Sequence record: DRR378314_1618
Reading direction: 5' to 3' (one strand)
Length of the DNA: 39,844 bases
Shown here: piece after piece, positions 1-8,523 of the stretch
Numbering within the stretch: position 1 is the stretch's first letter
How the letters are laid out: each line of letters begins with the position of its first letter
Notes under the pieces: model-generated
What the model saw: the letters and a program-made list of their open reading frames with translations, nothing else
Databases searched by the model: none
Told to the model about the DNA's origin: nothing
Made by a program: the position numbers and the translations under genes

Positions 1-128
1 ACTGGGCTGGGGCATCGAGCTCCGCCCGATTAACCACTGCCTTGCAATTGGCGAAGCGGAGGCCGCGCGCAGCGAGTAGGCCTGGCTTCGGCCTCACCGG
101 GAAGCTCAGCGCGGGGTTTCAACGCAAA

Positions 129-389
129 CTAGCCTCGCGCAGTCTTACCTTGCGTCATTTGGCGTTCGTGAAACTGGTTCATATGCTCAGCAACACGCTG
201 GCGAGCAGACTCAAGCTCTTTCCAGGCTTCCTGAAGCTCGGCCAGATCCTCCTCAGCGGGTGCCTGGTCCTGGGTGCCGCTGTCGAGGTCTTCATAGGCG
301 GCATCGATGCGCTCCGCAACGTCCTGATACTTTCTCCAGGCTGCTTCGTACCGTTCCCGTTCTGTCTTCCATTCGCGAGCATTTATCAT
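129..389 (-). CDS. Small hypothetical protein, acidic and predicted helical/coiled-coil (86 aa)
   Basis: ORF 129..425; ATG at 389 is preceded by a GGAG RBS; sequence MINAREWKTERERYEAAWRKY...; no family recognised. Confidence 0.6.
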   Translation of the reverse strand: MINAREWKTERERYEAAWRKYQDVAERIDAAYEDLDSGTQDQAPAEEDLAELQEAWKELESARQRVAEHMNQFHERQMTQGKTARG

Positions 390-502
390 GGCTTGTCTCC
401 AATTGATGTGTGCGTGACTTAGCATGATGAATTTTTGCCTCTATACGACCATCACGTTTGGGCAGTACACCGTTCTTTCAACCATCCCACCGGTAATCCC
501 CC

Positions 503-1435
503 TCATACCCCACTCTCAATCGCCACGCTGGACCGCATCACGGCCTTGTCCCGCCCCGGTGGTGCGCCAAACAGCTTGCGGTAATCGCGGCTGAACTGGG
601 ACGGGCTTTCGTAGCCGACCCGGTAGCCAACACTCGCCACTTCCTGATCGCTTAACAGCAGCCGCCGGGCCTCCTGCAGGCGCACCAGCTTCTGGAATTG
701 CACGGGCGTTAACCGGGTGATGCTCTTGAAATGCCGGTGGAAGGTCGCCGGGCTCATACTCGCCATCGCCGCCAGCTCGGCCACCCGAAAGGGTTGTTGG
801 TAGTTCGCCTGCATCCAGGCGGTTACCCGGCCAATACGGGCGGTGTCGCTGTCTTTCAGGCCGATCTGCTGCAGGGCCGGCCCCAGCGGCGAACGCAATA
901 CACGCCAACAGATTTCCCGACGGACAAGCGGTTCCAGCACTTCACGGTCATCCGGTTGATCCAGCAACCGGAGCAGGCGGATGACAGGATCGTACAGGTC
1001 ATCCGGCATCCCGGCCGTGGACAGTGCCGGCTGTTTTGGGCCCCGATACGCCATGTCCGGATGGGTCACCAGCAGCTCGGAAATCATTGCCGGATCAATC
1101 GACAGGCTCAGCGCCAGATACGGCTTATCGGGGGCGGCCTGCACGATCCTGGAGTTCACTGGCACATTGACGGACGCCAGCAGGCACTCGCCCTGTTGAT
1201 AATGAAAGGCCGACTCCCCTACCGCCGTCACCTTGGCCCCCTGCAATACGATGCAGAACGAGGTCTGGTAAAGGGCCCGGATGGTGCCGCTGGGTTCCAG
1301 GGCGCGGGTCAGGCGTAAGCCGTTGATCGCGCTCTCCGGGCCATGGGCCTGCCATTGCTGCTCGACAAGATCACGGAGCCGGCTCAGGGATGGGTTGTCC
1401 GGTTGCATTGGAATCACGTTGGGCTGGGCGGTCAT
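503..1435 (-). CDS. AraC family transcriptional regulator (AraC_N/YqhC-like N-terminal domain)
   Basis: ATG at 1435 with AGGAGG RBS; N-terminal LYQTSFCIVLQGAK motif; C-terminal double HTH (ASMSPATFHRHFK...VGYESPSQFSRDYRKLFG); divergent from an aldo-keto reductase. Confidence 0.93.
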   Translation of the reverse strand: MTAQPNVIPMQPDNPSLSRLRDLVEQQWQAHGPESAINGLRLTRALEPSGTIRALYQTSFCIVLQGAKVTAVGESAFHYQQGECLLASVNVPVNSRIVQAAPDKPYLALSLSIDPAMISELLVTHPDMAYRGPKQPALSTAGMPDDLYDPVIRLLRLLDQPDDREVLEPLVRREICWRVLRSPLGPALQQIGLKDSDTARIGRVTAWMQANYQQPFRVAELAAMASMSPATFHRHFKSITRLTPVQFQKLVRLQEARRLLLSDQEVASVGYRVGYESPSQFSRDYRKLFGAPPGRDKAVMRSSVAIESGV

Positions 1436-1514
1436 AGTGGCCTCCTGGTCTGATGGGATCATAGACTGTCCGGCGCCGAACTTCTGTAGGGCCATCCCCG
1501 AGGCGATATCAGGT

Positions 1515-1550
1515 TGAGAGGATTGTGCAATTCTCTGAGAGTTTCCGCCA
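1515..1550 (+). promoter_or_regulatory. Putative AraC-family operator: TGAGAG direct repeat at 21-bp spacing
   Basis: TGAGAG at 1515 and 1536 in the divergent intergenic region; ~21-bp half-site spacing is typical of AraC sites. Confidence 0.4.
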
Positions 1551-1631
1551 GCCCGATTCGCCATGCGTAACCTAGTATGAACCCACGGCCCTGCTCCGGC
1601 AGGTTCTTCCATTACGAAGAGGTGATCGGCT

Positions 1632-2717
1632 ATGACAACGCCCAACCTACCCCAATCCACCCATGACGCACCCCTGCGCCTGCGGACGCTGGGCAACTCG
1701 GGGCTGTTTGTATCGGAACTGTGCCTGGGCACCATGACCTTCGGCGGCGGGGACGACATGTGGGGGCTGATCGGCCAGTTGCAGCAGGAACAGGCCGATG
1801 AGCTGGTAAAGACGGCCCTGGACGCGGGCATCAACTTTATCGATACCGCCAACGTGTACGGCGGTGGTGCCAGTGAGCGAATCGTGGGCCAATCCCTGAA
1901 GAATCTGGACGTCCGCCGCGAAGATGTCGTACTGGCCACCAAGGTGCTCGGCCCGATGGGCGACGGCCCCAACGCCCGCGGCGCCTCCCGGGGCCACATC
2001 ATGAGCGAGTGCAAGGCCAGCCTGCAGCGACTGCAAACCGACTACATCGACCTGTACCAGATCCACGGTTTCGACCCGGCCACGCCGATAGAGGAAACCC
2101 TGGAGGCGCTGAATACCCTGGTACAGCACGGCCATGTCCGTTACGTCGGCCTGTCAAACTGGGCCGCCTGGCAGGTGATGAAAGCCGTTGGCATTACCCG
2201 GGCCCGCCGCCTGTGCCCGATTCTGTCACTGCAGGCCTACTACACCCTGGTGGGCCGGGATCTCGAACGGGAAGTGATCCCCATGCTGGAGTCCGAGAAC
2301 ATCGGCCTGATGGTGTGGAGCCCACTTGCGGGCGGCTACCTCTCCGGCAAGTACGAAGGGCCGGACGTCTCCGAAGAAAACCGGCGCGCCAAGTTTGATT
2401 TCCCGCCCGTGAACCGGGAGCGTGGCAGTGCGGTCATCGCCGTGATGCGGGAGATTGCCACCGGCAAGAAGGTCGACGGCCAGCCGGTCAGCGTGGCTCA
2501 GATTGCGCTTGCCTGGCTGCTGCACCAGAACGCCGTGACCAGTGTGATTGTCGGAGCCAAGCGGATAGACCAGTTGCGGGACAATCTCCTGGCGGCACAG
2601 ATCCGGTTCTCAGCCGACGAACTGGCAGCCCTGGATGAGGTCAGCCGCCTGCCGGCGGAGTATCCGGGCTGGATGCTGGAGCGACAGGGGGCGTATCGGG
2701 CGCATATGAAGGCGTGA
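1632..2717 (+). CDS. Aldo/keto reductase
   Basis: LGNSGLFVSELCLGTMTFG, FIDTANVY, LATKV, DYIDLYQIH, WSPLAGG and VIVGAK motifs; GAGGTG RBS. Confidence 0.95.
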   Translation: MTTPNLPQSTHDAPLRLRTLGNSGLFVSELCLGTMTFGGGDDMWGLIGQLQQEQADELVKTALDAGINFIDTANVYGGGASERIVGQSLKNLDVRREDVVLATKVLGPMGDGPNARGASRGHIMSECKASLQRLQTDYIDLYQIHGFDPATPIEETLEALNTLVQHGHVRYVGLSNWAAWQVMKAVGITRARRLCPILSLQAYYTLVGRDLEREVIPMLESENIGLMVWSPLAGGYLSGKYEGPDVSEENRRAKFDFPPVNRERGSAVIAVMREIATGKKVDGQPVSVAQIALAWLLHQNAVTSVIVGAKRIDQLRDNLLAAQIRFSADELAALDEVSRLPAEYPGWMLERQGAYRAHMKA

Positions 2718-2726
2718 TATTCGGCG

Positions 2727-2762
2727 CTGCCCCGGCGTTACAGGTCGGGGCAGGCTGTTTTA
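2727..2762 (+). terminator. Rho-independent terminator between convergent AKR and GFA genes
   Basis: CTGCCCCGGC / GTCGGGGCAG stem followed by GCTGTTTT. Confidence 0.6.
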
Positions 2763-2784
2763 CCTGAAAGCAGTTGGACTCCGC

Positions 2785-3219
2785 CTATTCAGCCACCTCG
2801 ACCCCACTACCACCCATTTCCGAAGGCACATCCTTCAATTTCGGAAGGCCATCCCGGATTCGCAGCACAGCCTCCTGATAGTGAACGTGCACGCCGGGTT
2901 GATAAGGGAACTCCGGAATGATCCCAGCGTAGACATCCGTCAGCCCCATGGAAGGGTGCTCGGTGAACAGGTGACCGCCACAGGTTTTGCACCATTTACG
3001 GCTGCTTCCCGGTGTCTTGTTGTAGGTGCCGATGTTGTCTGAGCCCTGTTGGATGGAAACGGCGTCTGGCTTCCACAGGGTGAATGCATTCACCGGACTG
3101 GCCGACCAGTGCCGGCAGGATTCGCAATGGCAATAGCCCATGGCTTCCGGATTACCCCTGACGGTTAATTGGACCGCCCCGCAGAAACAGCTTCCGTGGT
3201 AGACCTTTTCTTCGTTCAT
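2785..3219 (-). CDS. GFA (glutathione-dependent formaldehyde-activating, CENP-V-like) family protein
   Basis: GSCFCGAV, YCHCESCR and KWCKTCG zinc-binding motifs. Confidence 0.92.
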   Translation of the reverse strand: MNEEKVYHGSCFCGAVQLTVRGNPEAMGYCHCESCRHWSASPVNAFTLWKPDAVSIQQGSDNIGTYNKTPGSSRKWCKTCGGHLFTEHPSMGLTDVYAGIIPEFPYQPGVHVHYQEAVLRIRDGLPKLKDVPSEMGGSGVEVAE

Positions 3220-3255
3220 GACACATCCCCCTCATTGGTTTCGTCCCATGTCTCC

Positions 3256-4194
3256 CTATTCATTGAAGCTGACCGGCCTTTGCGGCCGGGTGTTCACCTG
3301 CAGTGAGAATATGTCCGGCCGGGCATAGTGGCCGACAATATCCAGGCTGCGCCTTGCCGCGTTCACTTCGGTGACGTCAATGTCTGCCAGCAGCAGGCCG
3401 GTCTCCTTTCGCAGGGGGCCGGCTACGATTTCCCCGGCGGGCGAAATGACCACGGAATCACCGCAGTTAATCCATTCTTCCTTGTCCGGATACAGACGGT
3501 CAACCTCCGGAAAGTCATCGGGCAGATCGCTTGCGCGCAGCACATTACCGGCGCCGAGCACCCAGCACCCGCCTTCCCTGGCAATGTGCTGAAGGGTGCG
3601 AAGCCAGCGGTCGCCGCTGTCGTAGGTAGGGGCGATGTAGATATCGATGCCTTGGGCGAACATCGCGTAGCGCGCCAGTGGCATGTAGTTTTCCCAGCAC
3701 ACCAGTGACCCGACCCGGCCAACGGGAGTGTCGATGACTGTCATGCCGCTGGCATCGCCGAAGCCCCATACCATGCGTTCCGGGTTGGTGGGCATGAGTT
3801 TGCGGTGGCAGTTCTGCAACGTGCCCTCGGGGCTGATGGTGATTACCGAGTTGTAGAGGGTGGCGCGGCTGGTGTCTTCGTCGCGTTCGTCGATACCGCA
3901 CACGATGGTCACCTGCATTTCTCTGGCAACCTCCAGCAGGGGGCGCAACTGGTCAGAGCCAAGCTGGACAGCGTTGTCCAGCAGGCGCCGGTGCAACTGC
4001 TCAGAGAGCCCCCAGTCGCCGCCCGGTTTCAGCCGCCATATCCAGGCGGGATAACCGGGGATGAAGGCTTCCGAGAAAACGATCAGCCGGGCTCCCTGGT
4101 TGGCGGCGTCCTGCACCAATTGCACTGCTCTTGCGATGGTCTTTTCCCGGTCCAGAAAGACCGGTGGTTCCTGAACGATGGCGAGCTTGATCAT
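3256..4194 (-). CDS. Nitrilase (carbon-nitrogen hydrolase family)
   Basis: Catalytic triad motifs FSEAFIPGYP, HRKLMPT and VCWENYMP; C-terminal DIVGHYARPDIF; ATG at 4194 with GGGG-rich RBS. Confidence 0.92.
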   Translation of the reverse strand: MIKLAIVQEPPVFLDREKTIARAVQLVQDAANQGARLIVFSEAFIPGYPAWIWRLKPGGDWGLSEQLHRRLLDNAVQLGSDQLRPLLEVAREMQVTIVCGIDERDEDTSRATLYNSVITISPEGTLQNCHRKLMPTNPERMVWGFGDASGMTVIDTPVGRVGSLVCWENYMPLARYAMFAQGIDIYIAPTYDSGDRWLRTLQHIAREGGCWVLGAGNVLRASDLPDDFPEVDRLYPDKEEWINCGDSVVISPAGEIVAGPLRKETGLLLADIDVTEVNAARRSLDIVGHYARPDIFSLQVNTRPQRPVSFNE

Positions 4195-4252
4195 AGTGTT
4201 CCCCTTTCCCGTGGTGTCTGGAATCACTATCCCCCCGGCCCAGTGCGGGCGA

Positions 4253-4293
4253 TAGTCCAGAAAGTGGAGCGCCAGCGGCACTGAAAAGGACTA
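4253..4293. promoter_or_regulatory. Possible HxlR-type operator (TAGTCC...GGACTA inverted repeat)
   Basis: TAGTCC at 4253-4258 and GGACTA at 4288-4293 in the divergent nitrilase/HxlR intergenic region. Confidence 0.3.
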
Positions 4294-4338
4294 GGATGAA
4301 AGTTCGGGGCACTCACGCCGCCCAGGGAGCCAAAGCCC

Positions 4339-5016
4339 ATGACCAACTATGGACAGTTCTGCACCGTTGCCCGGGGCTCGGAAATACTCGGGGAGCGATG
4401 GACACCGCTGGTGGTGAGGGAGCTGCTGTGTGGCAGCACCCACTTCAACGAGATACGGCGGGGGTTGCCAAGAATGTCAGCAACGCTCCTGGCCCAGCGT
4501 TTGAAAAAGCTTGAGGAAGTGGGCGTGCTTCGCCGCGTGCAGGAGGGCAACAACCAGGAGTATGTGCTTACACCGGCCGGTGAGGAATTGCGCCCGATCA
4601 TCCTGGCCATTGGTCACTGGGGGGCACGATGGATTGGCAGCCGCTTGCAGGCAAACCAGCTCGATGCCGGCTTCCTGATGTGGGATATCCGCCGTTTCGC
4701 ACACATTGACGAATTCCCCTCTGACCGCAAAGTGGTCATTCACTTTTTCCTGAACGACGCCCGGCAACGGGAGCGGCACTGGTGGCTGGTGGTTGCCAAC
4801 GGCGAGATCGACCTGTGCCGTGAAGATCCCGGCCACGAACTGACCCTGGTGGTCGAGGCCAGCGTCGCCAGCCTGACCGAAATCTGGACCGGCGACAGCG
4901 ACCCGGATGCCGAGCAGCAGGCGCGCCGCCTGCTCGTGCGTGGCGGCAGGCGGGATACTCGGGACCTATGGCGGTGGCTGGGGCGGAGTGTGTTTGCCGC
5001 TAGCAAAGCCCGCTGA
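4339..5016 (+). CDS. HxlR family winged-helix regulator with SCP2-like C-terminal domain
   Basis: YGQFCTVARGSEILGERWTPLVVRELL...FNEIRRGLPRMS; C-terminal WWLVVANGEIDLCREDPG. Confidence 0.9.
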   Translation: MTNYGQFCTVARGSEILGERWTPLVVRELLCGSTHFNEIRRGLPRMSATLLAQRLKKLEEVGVLRRVQEGNNQEYVLTPAGEELRPIILAIGHWGARWIGSRLQANQLDAGFLMWDIRRFAHIDEFPSDRKVVIHFFLNDARQRERHWWLVVANGEIDLCREDPGHELTLVVEASVASLTEIWTGDSDPDAEQQARRLLVRGGRRDTRDLWRWLGRSVFAASKAR

Positions 5017-5078
5017 AAAAGGGCCAGCGGGTGGAGGAGGGCCAGCGGAACGCCTTTAAACAAGTTTCGCATCTTCTG

Positions 5079-5125
5079 CCGTAACAAACCCGTAACAAGC
5101 CTGAAGCACAATCTGGTGTATACCA
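5079..5125 (+). promoter_or_regulatory. Pho-box-like repeats, -10 element and PhnR/GntR operator of the HAD gene
   Basis: CCGTAAC-aaac-CCGTAAC (5079-5096), 10 nt, CACAAT (5107-5112), then TGGTGTATACCA (5114-5125). Confidence 0.7.
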
Positions 5126-5137
5126 AAGGAGTGCTAC

Positions 5138-5803
5138 ATGCTTGCGATTTTCGACCTGGATGAAACCCTGATTCGCGGAGACAGTTCACAGTTGTTCACC
5201 GAATTTCTCCGTGCCGAAGCTATTGATATCACCCCCGATTCCGAAGCCAGGGACATAGCATTCATGAGGGCCTATACCGACGGCCATCTGGATCTCCAGG
5301 ACTACATGGAATACAGCCTGGCTCCTATTCGGGGTTGGCCGCGGAACGAGGTGGAGGCGCTGATTGATCGGTTCGTTACGGAAGTGATCCCTCCCCGCGT
5401 GCTACCTACCGGCCAGGAACGGGTAGCCTGGCACAAGGCCCAGGGGCATGAGGTACTGATCATCTCCGCGACGGGAGAACACCTGGTCTCTCCCATCGCC
5501 CGACACCTTGGCATTGATGACGACATCGGCGTGCAGGTGGAATGGCAGAACGACAATCTCAAAGGGACCATCGGAACACGGCGCCCCTTCAGGGACGGCA
5601 AAGTGTCTGCCCTCAAAGAGTGGATCGCCGCCCGGTCAGCCACCCCTGAGAAGGTCTGGTTCTACTCGGATTCCCACAATGACCTCCCCCTTCTGCGCTC
5701 GGTGGACTATCCCGTTGCCGTGAACCCGGACTCGGTTCTGGAAGACTATGCCAGGCGACAGGGTTGGCGTGTGCTTATTGATAGAGCTTCGCCCTCCCCT
5801 TAA
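5138..5803 (+). CDS. HAD-IB (SerB-like) family hydrolase/phosphatase
   Basis: AIFDLDETLI, IISAT, DGKV and FYSDSHNDLPLL...AVNPD motifs; AAGGAG RBS. Confidence 0.92.
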   Translation: MLAIFDLDETLIRGDSSQLFTEFLRAEAIDITPDSEARDIAFMRAYTDGHLDLQDYMEYSLAPIRGWPRNEVEALIDRFVTEVIPPRVLPTGQERVAWHKAQGHEVLIISATGEHLVSPIARHLGIDDDIGVQVEWQNDNLKGTIGTRRPFRDGKVSALKEWIAARSATPEKVWFYSDSHNDLPLLRSVDYPVAVNPDSVLEDYARRQGWRVLIDRASPSP

Positions 5804-5819
5804 ATAGGCGGGCGAGCCA

Positions 5820-6725
5820 TTACCCCAGAACCACCAGCAGCAGACCTGCAAGAATGATCAGCACACCCAGAATCTTGGGCGCGTGCAGGGGTTCCGCAAG
5901 AAAATACCAACCCAGTGCAACGCCGATAGGTATGCTGACCTGCCGGAAGGCCACCACGTAGCTGACGTCATCCGCATAGGCCATGGCCCAAACCACCAGC
6001 GCGTAGGTTCCGAGGATCAGTACTCCCGCTGCCATGGTACTGCGCCAATTCGAGACCAGTTCCCTTAAAAGCCGTCGTTCGGTTACTTGCAGCCCCAGGC
6101 CAAGGCTAAGCCACCCTAGGGCTGACCATGCCTGGAGGATCACAAACACCAGGGCCACCTCCGCATCCAGTACGATGCCTGCCAGCAGGTCTCGCATCTG
6201 GCCGGTGGCATTGTCGTCGACGAGCGAGTATCCGGCGGTACTGGCGGCGGCCAGGAGGGCGAACAGGGTGGCAAGGTTGCGGTAGTTGGCCAGGCGAAAA
6301 TCCCGGAACCGTTGCATTGGCAGAATGATGCATCCGGCCACGATCAGAACGATACCGGCAACAGCCGCGGCGGTGATGGTTTCAGTCGTTCCCAGGAACA
6401 GGGTTCCAACCAACAGGATCAACAGGGGCGAGGATCGCGCCAGCGGATAGACCACTGACAGTTCGCCATGGCGATAGGCCGCGGCCAGGCAACTGAGATA
6501 GGTTGCCTGGAAAAAACCGGTGGCAACCACCAGCCACCAGATGCCCGAATCCAGTTCACGCAATAGTGGGCGGTAGTACACCAGCACTGGCAGGGTCAGG
6601 AGCGCGCCCCACAGGGTGCTGTACCAGAAGAACGCGCCGCTGGGGCTGACCTTCTTACCAAACAGGTTCCAACCGGCATGGGCGAGTGCGGACACCAGAA
6701 CAATAACAATCGCCGTAGAGGTCAT
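5820..6725 (-). CDS. EamA/DMT family membrane protein, phosphonate-utilisation-associated type
   Basis: ~10 hydrophobic segments; SALAHAGWN, AYRHGELSVVYPLARSSP and VSYVVAFRQVSI; last gene of the AEP transporter operon. Confidence 0.85.
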   Translation of the reverse strand: MTSTAIVIVLVSALAHAGWNLFGKKVSPSGAFFWYSTLWGALLTLPVLVYYRPLLRELDSGIWWLVVATGFFQATYLSCLAAAYRHGELSVVYPLARSSPLLILLVGTLFLGTTETITAAAVAGIVLIVAGCIILPMQRFRDFRLANYRNLATLFALLAAASTAGYSLVDDNATGQMRDLLAGIVLDAEVALVFVILQAWSALGWLSLGLGLQVTERRLLRELVSNWRSTMAAGVLILGTYALVVWAMAYADDVSYVVAFRQVSIPIGVALGWYFLAEPLHAPKILGVLIILAGLLLVVLG

Positions 6726-6744
6726 GGGGCTTCAGGCTGCGTGC

Positions 6745-8505
6745 TCATTCCACACCCTGCCGCCACGCCCGGGTAGAACGGTCCACCCAGAAACGCAGTA
6801 CCCCCTGGATGAGTTTCGCCACTGCACAGGTTGCCGTGATCAGGATGGCCATGGCCGCCGCCGGGGCGATATCACCGGCCTCGTCCATGTTCAGCACGGC
6901 CACCGAAGCCAACTGGGAGTCGTGGCCGTAAAGGAACACAACCGCTGAGACTGTGGTCATCGCATTTACGAACAGGTAAAGGGCGACATCCAGGATGGCC
7001 GGCAGGCACAGGGGCAAGGTAACCGTGAAAAGCACCCGCCATCGGGAGGCGTTGAGCGACTCCCCCACCGCCTCGAATTCCTGATCCAGTTGCTTCAGCG
7101 CCGTGACTGCCGTGAGGTGGGAAACCGCGTAGAAGTGCGTGACAGTGCAGAGGATCAGAATGAACAGGGTGCCGTAAATGCCATTAATCGGGTTGTCCGG
7201 GTGGTTGAAGAAAAAGATATAGGACAGCCCCAGCACAAGGCCGGGAACCGCCAGCGGCAGCAGCGAGAGAAACTGGAATACCCCGGCCAGCAGCCTCGAC
7301 TGTGGTGTTCGTTCCATCAGCCAGGCGTTAAAGAAGACCAGTGCGGTTCCGAGCACCATGGTGCCCAGGGCCATCTGCAGGCTGTTGGTGTAAGCCCCCC
7401 AACCGCCGCCATCCATACGGCCGAATTGGTAGTTGTTCAGGCTAAGGTCAAGGTTGTAGGGCCAGAAGGTAACGAACGACGCATAAATCGCCATGCCGAT
7501 GATGGCGAAAATGAACACCACGGTCGGCGTCAGCATCAGCGCTCCCACGGCGTCCCGATTGCGATCCTGGCGGGGCCTGTAGGGCACGGATCTGGCCGTG
7601 AAGCTTGCGGATTGTTTGCGCTGCACATAGCGGTCGGCGATGAATGCCAGCATGGCGGGCAATAGCAACAGCACGCTGACCACCGCGCCCATCTCGAATT
7701 TCTGCTGCCCGATCACCTGCTTGTAGATATCCGTGGCCAGTACGTCGAACTGCCCGCCAATGACTTTGGGCACGCCGAAATCCGTAATCACCAGCGTGAA
7801 CACAACAAACCCGGCACTCACCAGACCATAGCGGGCGCCGGGCACCGTTACTGTCCAGAAGGTGCGCCACGGGCTGGCCTTCAAAGCGGTGGCGGCTTCG
7901 TAATGGCGCCCATCGGCGTTGTCCATCGCCGTCAGCAGAATCATCAGGGCGTGGGGAAAGGTCCAGAAGCAGGACCCCATGATAATGCCAATGGGCCCAT
8001 AGATTTCAGCGCCGAACAGCCAGCTTTTCAGTACGCCCTGGTTGCCGAACAGGTACACCAGGCTGATCGCCGGCAACAGCGACGGCGCCAGGATCGGCAA
8101 CACCAGCACGCCACGAATCCAGCCGGTGAATGGCAAACGCGTGCGGGTCAGCGCCCAGGCCGCCATGAAGGCCAGCGAAACCACAATCACGGTGCTAAGC
8201 CCGGCCACCCACAGGGAATTGAAGAACGCGGATTCGATACCGCCGGTACTCAGGTAGTAGGCAAAGTTTTCCAGCCCGACAAATTCACCGGCTTTGTTCT
8301 CGACGCTCTTTGAAAGCAGTGTGTATAGGGGCGCGAGCACCAGCAGTGTCAGAACCACGCAACCGATTACCAGAAGCAGTGCAAACACCCAACGGCCGGC
8401 AAGCCTCCGGCGTAATTCCGCCAGGTTTGGCCAGTTGCGTGTGGTCGGTGTCGAAAGCGCGGGAGAATCAATCATGGAGAACTTACCAGGGTTAGACTCA
8501 GACAT
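6745..8505 (-). CDS. aepW: 2-aminoethylphosphonate ABC transporter permease (PhnU2/AepW, two fused permease domains)
   Basis: Two EAA loops (HYEAATALKAS, EFEAVGESLNAS); SLVYLFGNQG; DFGVPKVIGG; operon context. Confidence 0.9.
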   Translation of the reverse strand: MSESNPGKFSMIDSPALSTPTTRNWPNLAELRRRLAGRWVFALLLVIGCVVLTLLVLAPLYTLLSKSVENKAGEFVGLENFAYYLSTGGIESAFFNSLWVAGLSTVIVVSLAFMAAWALTRTRLPFTGWIRGVLVLPILAPSLLPAISLVYLFGNQGVLKSWLFGAEIYGPIGIIMGSCFWTFPHALMILLTAMDNADGRHYEAATALKASPWRTFWTVTVPGARYGLVSAGFVVFTLVITDFGVPKVIGGQFDVLATDIYKQVIGQQKFEMGAVVSVLLLLPAMLAFIADRYVQRKQSASFTARSVPYRPRQDRNRDAVGALMLTPTVVFIFAIIGMAIYASFVTFWPYNLDLSLNNYQFGRMDGGGWGAYTNSLQMALGTMVLGTALVFFNAWLMERTPQSRLLAGVFQFLSLLPLAVPGLVLGLSYIFFFNHPDNPINGIYGTLFILILCTVTHFYAVSHLTAVTALKQLDQEFEAVGESLNASRWRVLFTVTLPLCLPAILDVALYLFVNAMTTVSAVVFLYGHDSQLASVAVLNMDEAGDIAPAAAMAILITATCAVAKLIQGVLRFWVDRSTRAWRQGVE

Positions 8506-8523
8506 TCGGAACTCCGCAGCCCG

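Noticed and set aside
1436-2014. 193-aa N-terminal extension of the AraC ORF (503-aa call)
   Set aside because: It overlaps the aldo-keto reductase on the opposite strand; a strong RBS and domain start support ATG 1435
5008-5048. AGGGCCAGCGG duplicated after the HxlR stop codon
   Set aside because: Only two short copies, partly forming a weak hairpin; no support for a REP or CRISPR element
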